From: Candidatus Oleincola secundus
GTDB taxonomy: Bacteria > Atribacterota > Phoenicimicrobiia > Phoenicimicrobiales > Stramentimicrobiaceae
Direction of reading: 5' to 3'
Assembly (NCBI GenBank): GCA_018400815.1
Contig: JAGYLS010000023.1
Span: 1 to 21,790, forward strand
DNA length: 21,790 bases
Made by a program: the position numbers and the translations under genes. Of the stretch, positions 17,409 through 21,790 are shown piece by piece. Under the pieces are notes generated by a model. The model was given only the letters and a program-made list of their open reading frames with translations. It was not told the origin of the DNA and did no database searches. The stretch's first letter is position 1. Each line of letters opens with the position of its first letter.

Positions 17409-19289
17409 ATGAAAAGCAGAATCGCTGTGATGAGTTACTGTAAATTAACAAAGGTAATAAAAAGAACAATTAGTCCCAAAGAGTTAAAAAAATTAACTAT
17501 TATTGAATCGAGTTTTAGCGAAACTAAAGAGATTGCAGTAAATCTTTGGGAAAAGGATAAAGTAGATGTATTTGTATGCGGAAGCAGTAATTTGCAAATG
17601 ATTAAAGAAAATATTCCTGCCCCTATTGTTCCAATAAATATCTCAGGCTTCGATATCATGGATAATTTAATAGAAGCAAAAACAAAGGGAAATGAAATTA
17701 TTATTATCTCCTATAAAAATTATATCGCAAGCAAATTTGCGCACAAGGGAATTTTTAATGTTGATGTAGATGAAAAATGCTATAACAATATTTCTGAATT
17801 AAAATTGATACTGAATAACTTAAAAAAGAAAAATGAGAGTATAGTTATTGGTTCTAGCCTGGTTTGTGATATATGTGATGAAATGGAGATAGATTCCATT
17901 TTAATTTATTCATCAGACAGTATTAAAAACGCAATTAGCCAAGCCATACAGATCCAGGAATCTATTCAAAAAGAAAAATATAAATTGAATCAATTTAATG
18001 CAATCCTGAATTTTACTTATAGTGGAATTATTGCAACTGATAAAAATAACATTATTCGGATATATAATCCTATGGCAGAAAATATCATTGGTATCCCAGG
18101 AAAAAATATCGTAGGAAGAGATGCGAATCATGTTATTGAGAATACACGATTATCGGAAGTATTAATCTCAAAACAACAGGAAATAGATCAGCTGCAAAAA
18201 CTAAATAATCGTGTAGTTTTGACTAGTCGTGTACCAATTCTGGTTGGGGATCAGGTTGAAGGAGTTGTCGCTACATTCCGTGATATAAAATCAATAGAAG
18301 AGTCTGAGCACAAAATAAGAAAACAGTTATATTCAAAGGGTTTAATTTCAAAATATACTTTTGATGATATTAAAGGTGAATCCCAGGCTATCAAGAAATG
18401 TATTGAAATTTCTAAAGAATATGCAAACAGTAATTTTACAATTTTGATAAGTGGTGAATCCGGGACCGGGAAGGAATTATTTGCCCATAGCGTCCATCAT
18501 CAAAGTGAAAGAAGAAGCGAAGCTTTTGTAGCTATTAATTGTGCTGCTCTTCCCAAGAGTCTTTTAGAGTCTGAATTATTTGGCTATGTCGGAGGCGCGT
18601 TTACGGGGGCAAAAAAAGAGGGGAAAATTGGGCTTTTTGAATTAGCCCACAATGGAACGATCCTGTTAGATGAGATTGCTGAAACACCATTGAGTATACA
18701 GTCCCGATTATTGAGGGTTATACAGGAAAAAGAAGTCATGAGGCTGGGAAGTGATCGGGTGATTAAAGTTGATGTAAGAATTATTTCAGCCACAAATAAG
18801 AATCTATGGAAAGAAGTAGTAAGGGGAAACTTTAGAGAGGATTTATATTATCGTCTAAGTGCTCTGGAGTTAAAGATACCCCCACTAAGAGATAGGAGAA
18901 AAGATATTCCGTTTATTTCCAGAGAATTTATCAGGAATCATTTCCAAAATATTTATTATGCTTATCAAAAAAAATGGGAAGAGATATTTACAAATTTACA
19001 GAAATATGAATTTTACGGAAATGTAAGAGAATTATACAATGTCCTAAAAAGGCTGGCAATTCTTATTCAAAAAAGAGAAGAATATTCCGTGCAGGGATTA
19101 ATAGATTTAACCTATGATGAAAAAGAGAAGTTGCTAGCGTCAAAAGCAGGACAAAGAAAGAAAGGCGAAATAGAAGATATTTTAGAGATGTTAAATAGAA
19201 AAGATTGGGATAAAAGTGAAACAGCAAAGGAGTTGGGAATCAGCAGAACAACCCTGTGGAGAAAAATGAAAATATATGGCATAGAATAG
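17409..19289 (+). CDS. Sigma54-dependent enhancer-binding protein, PrpR-like (PrpR_N + PAS + AAA+ + Fis HTH)
   Basis: ISGFDIM N-domain; PAS; Walker A GESGTGKE; GAFTGA; Walker B LLDEI; FREDLYYRL; LGISRTTLWRKMK. Confidence 0.92.
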   Translation: MKSRIAVMSYCKLTKVIKRTISPKELKKLTIIESSFSETKEIAVNLWEKDKVDVFVCGSSNLQMIKENIPAPIVPINISGFDIMDNLIEAKTKGNEIIIISYKNYIASKFAHKGIFNVDVDEKCYNNISELKLILNNLKKKNESIVIGSSLVCDICDEMEIDSILIYSSDSIKNAISQAIQIQESIQKEKYKLNQFNAILNFTYSGIIATDKNNIIRIYNPMAENIIGIPGKNIVGRDANHVIENTRLSEVLISKQQEIDQLQKLNNRVVLTSRVPILVGDQVEGVVATFRDIKSIEESEHKIRKQLYSKGLISKYTFDDIKGESQAIKKCIEISKEYANSNFTILISGESGTGKELFAHSVHHQSERRSEAFVAINCAALPKSLLESELFGYVGGAFTGAKKEGKIGLFELAHNGTILLDEIAETPLSIQSRLLRVIQEKEVMRLGSDRVIKVDVRIISATNKNLWKEVVRGNFREDLYYRLSALELKIPPLRDRRKDIPFISREFIRNHFQNIYYAYQKKWEEIFTNLQKYEFYGNVRELYNVLKRLAILIQKREEYSVQGLIDLTYDEKEKLLASKAGQRKKGEIEDILEMLNRKDWDKSETAKELGISRTTLWRKMKIYGIE

Positions 19290-19315
19290 TTTTATAATAG
19301 AAGTAATTAAAATAT

Positions 19316-19346
19316 TGTTATAATATTATGAAACAATTATGAAACA
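19316..19346 (+). promoter_or_regulatory. Candidate upstream activator sequence
   Basis: Tandem ATTATGAAACA at 19325-19335 and 19336-19346, preceded by the imperfect inverted half-site TGTTATAAT (19316-19324). About 60-90 bp upstream of the -24 box. Confidence 0.55.
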
Positions 19347-19406
19347 TTGCTGTTAAAATTAATATTAAAAACGGGTAAAATATACCAATTCAAGAGTATT
19401 TTTGTT

Positions 19407-19422
19407 TGGCACGTTACTTGCT
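19407..19422 (+). promoter_or_regulatory. Sigma54 (-24/-12) promoter
   Basis: TGGCACG-TTAC-TTGCT; GG at 19408-19409, N10, GC at 19420-19421; matches consensus. Confidence 0.92.
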
Positions 19423-19477
19423 TATTATAATATGTAAATAGAATGAGATTGTATTGAAATATATCAAGGAGAGAACA

Positions 19478-20347
19478 GTGCAAAGAACAAAAAGGCTTAA
19501 AAAATTACTTCAAGCTAAAGAAATACTAGTTGCTCCCGGGGCTTATGATGTCTTTGGTGCTAAGATGATAGAAAAAATTGGATTTAAAACTGTATATATG
19601 ACCGGATATGGTACATCAGCTAGTATTTTGGGAAAGCCGGATGTTGGATTGTTGTCAATGACTGAAATGGCCAAAAGAGCGGGAGATATTGCAAAAGCAG
19701 TAAATGTTCCGGTAATTGCCGATGCTGATACTGGCTATGGAAATCCATTGAATGTAAGAAGAACAGTTATGGAATATGAAAGAGGCGGAGTAGCCGGCAT
19801 ACAGTTGGAAGACCAGGTTTTTCCTAAAAAATGCGGACACATGATGGGGAGAAAAATTATTCCAAAAGAGGAAATGGTTCAAAAGATAAAAGCTGCCTGT
19901 GATATAAGAGAAGATAAGGATTTTGTTATAATTGCCAGGACTGATGCCAGAACAAACTATGGATTAGATGAAGCAATTTCAAGAGGGAAGGCATATCAGG
20001 ATGCAGGAGCAGACCTTATTTTTATTGAATCTCCGGAAAGTATTGAGGAGATGCAGAAAATTAACAGTGAATTCAGCAACATTCCGACTCTGGCTAATAT
20101 GGTAGAAGGTGGCAGAAGCCCGAATTTAACAATTGACGAGTTAGAGAAACTAGGTTTCTCTATTGTAATATTTAGTACAGGACCTTTGTATTCAGCTGCG
20201 AAAGGTGTAAAAGATTATCTGACTGAATTAAAGATAAAAGGAACAACGTCCTCAAGAATCAATAAAATGATTTCTTTTAAAGAATTCAATGAACTGATTG
20301 GATTGCAGGATTATCTTGACCTGGAAAAGAAATACCAGGTTGATTAA
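19478..20347 (+). CDS. ICL/PEP-mutase superfamily lyase (2,3-dimethylmalate lyase / 2-methylisocitrate lyase-like)
   Basis: APGAYD, YMTGYG, IADADTGYG, QLEDQVFPKKCGH, IARTDA, ANMVEGG. GTG 19478 with RBS AAGGAG (19466-19471) is preferred over TTG 19454. Confidence 0.9.
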   Translation: MQRTKRLKKLLQAKEILVAPGAYDVFGAKMIEKIGFKTVYMTGYGTSASILGKPDVGLLSMTEMAKRAGDIAKAVNVPVIADADTGYGNPLNVRRTVMEYERGGVAGIQLEDQVFPKKCGHMMGRKIIPKEEMVQKIKAACDIREDKDFVIIARTDARTNYGLDEAISRGKAYQDAGADLIFIESPESIEEMQKINSEFSNIPTLANMVEGGRSPNLTIDELEKLGFSIVIFSTGPLYSAAKGVKDYLTELKIKGTTSSRINKMISFKEFNELIGLQDYLDLEKKYQVD

Positions 20348-20417
20348 GAAAAATATACAAGGTCTCAAATAGATATAAATATTAATATTTATTAAGAAAG
20401 GAAAGCCAGGGAATAAA

Positions 20418-21680
20418 ATGGGTAAAACATTAGTTGAAAAAATATTAGCAGCCCATACGGATTCTAAAGATTTTAAAATTGGAGATATCATTAATGTAAA
20501 ACTTGATTTTGCTTTCTCCAATGATATCACTGCTCCGTTAGCAATAAAAGTTTTTGAGGAGAGTGGGGCTAAACAAGTATTTGACAGAAAGAGAATCGGT
20601 GTAATTCCTGATCATTTTGCTCCGAATAAAGACATAAAATCGGCCGAACAGTGTAAAATAATGAGAGAATTTGCCAGGAAACATCAAATAGAGAATTACT
20701 TTGAGATTGGAAGAATGGGTATAGAACATGCATTATTGCCGGAGAAAGGATTGGTGCTACCGGGAGATTTGGTTGCAGGATCGGATTCACATACTGATAC
20801 ATCTGGGGCATTAGGTGCATTTGCTATGGGTGTTGGCAGTACTGATATGGCCTTTGCTATGGCAACCGGAGAAATCTGGTTAAAAGTGCCGCCTGTTATT
20901 AAATTTAATTATACCGGGAAATTGAATAAGTGGGTTAGTGGAAAAGATTTAATACTCTATACTATCTCGGAAATCAGTGTTAGTGGCGCAAATTACAAGG
21001 TTATGGAATTTAGTGGAAAAGTTATAAATAACCTGTCAATGGATAATCGTTTTACGATGTGCAATATGGCCATTGAGGCAGGGGCAAAAACGGGAATTAT
21101 CGAGCCAGATGAAAAAACGATACAGTATGTAGAAGGCAGGGCTAAAAGACCCTATCAGGTTTTTAAGAATGACCCGGACGCCAAATATGAAAAGATAATT
21201 AATTATGATGTTAGTAATATTGAACCACAGGTATCTTTCCCACATTCACCTGGAAATGCAAGACCCATCAGTAAAGTTGACAATATAAAAATAGATCAAT
21301 CGATTATTGGCTCTTGTACAAATGGCAGGATAGAGGATTTACGAATTGCCTCAGAAATTTTAAAAGGACATAGCGTTCATCCGGAAGTCAGATTGATTGT
21401 TTTTCCTGCTACTCAAGAAATTTACCGGCAGGCGCTTCAGGAAGGGCTAATTGACACTTTTCTTTCAGCAGGAGCTGCCATAAGCACACCTACCTGCGGT
21501 CCGTGCATAGGAGGGCATATGGGACTTTTGGCTAAAGATGAACGAGCCATATCAACTACAAACAGGAATTTTGTAGGGAGAATGGGTCATCCGGAAAGTG
21601 AAGTATATCTTTCAAATCCCGCTATTGCTGCTGCTTCAGCGATTTTAGGTAGAATTGCTAGTCCTGAGGAGGTGAAATAA
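20418..21680 (+). CDS. LeuC/DmdA-type hydratase/isomerase large subunit, copy 2
   Basis: Same length (420 aa) and colinear with copy 1; GSCTNGR, CGPCIG, STTNRNF. Confidence 0.9.
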   Translation: MGKTLVEKILAAHTDSKDFKIGDIINVKLDFAFSNDITAPLAIKVFEESGAKQVFDRKRIGVIPDHFAPNKDIKSAEQCKIMREFARKHQIENYFEIGRMGIEHALLPEKGLVLPGDLVAGSDSHTDTSGALGAFAMGVGSTDMAFAMATGEIWLKVPPVIKFNYTGKLNKWVSGKDLILYTISEISVSGANYKVMEFSGKVINNLSMDNRFTMCNMAIEAGAKTGIIEPDEKTIQYVEGRAKRPYQVFKNDPDAKYEKIINYDVSNIEPQVSFPHSPGNARPISKVDNIKIDQSIIGSCTNGRIEDLRIASEILKGHSVHPEVRLIVFPATQEIYRQALQEGLIDTFLSAGAAISTPTCGPCIGGHMGLLAKDERAISTTNRNFVGRMGHPESEVYLSNPAIAAASAILGRIASPEEVK

Positions 21681-21684
21681 AGAT

Positions 21685-21790
21685 ATGATAATAAAAGGAA
21701 AGGTTTGGAAATTTGGAGATAATATCGATACGGATGTCATTATTCCGGCACGTTATCTAAATACATCTGATCCCAAAGAATTAGCTATGC
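21685..21790 (+). CDS. LeuD/DmdB-type small subunit, copy 2 (5' part; runs off window)
   Basis: Not in the ORF track. Reads [35 protein letters not shown].. Confidence 0.92.
   Translation, partial: MIIKGKVWKFGDNIDTDVIIPARYLNTSDPKELAM

Noticed and set aside
9809..21245. Short alternative ORFs within ilvB, leuA, the activator, the lyase and leuC copy 2
   Set aside because: All overlap confidently identified genes on the other strand or frame.

Overview
AT-rich bacterial chromosomal window; the gene set suggests an anaerobe, possibly Firmicutes- or Atribacterota-like, but the taxon cannot be fixed from sequence alone. (1) 1-9230 is an accessory patchwork: Rid/YjgF deaminase, DUF2281-MazF toxin-antitoxin pair, 4-oxalocrotonate tautomerase, MliC, kynureninase, nitroreductase, a secreted DxDxDG-repeat protein, mgsA, SIMPL and a C69 peptidase. 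It also holds gene remnants absent from the ORF track, including two homologous 3' ends of a RAYT-like transposase, each followed by TTCAAGACCTGA. (2) 9339-17112 is a branched-chain amino-acid operon (ilvB-ilvN-leuA-cimA-leuC-leuD). Its ~480-nt leader carries a Leu (CUC) T-box and a ykkC-subtype-2a (ppGpp-type) riboswitch in tandem, each with its own terminator, forming a predicted AND gate. (3) 17409-end is a PrpR-like sigma54 activator with a consensus -24/-12 promoter driving an ICL/PEP-mutase-family lyase and a second leuC/leuD-like hydratase pair, probably a catabolic module for a methyl-branched hydroxy-acid.
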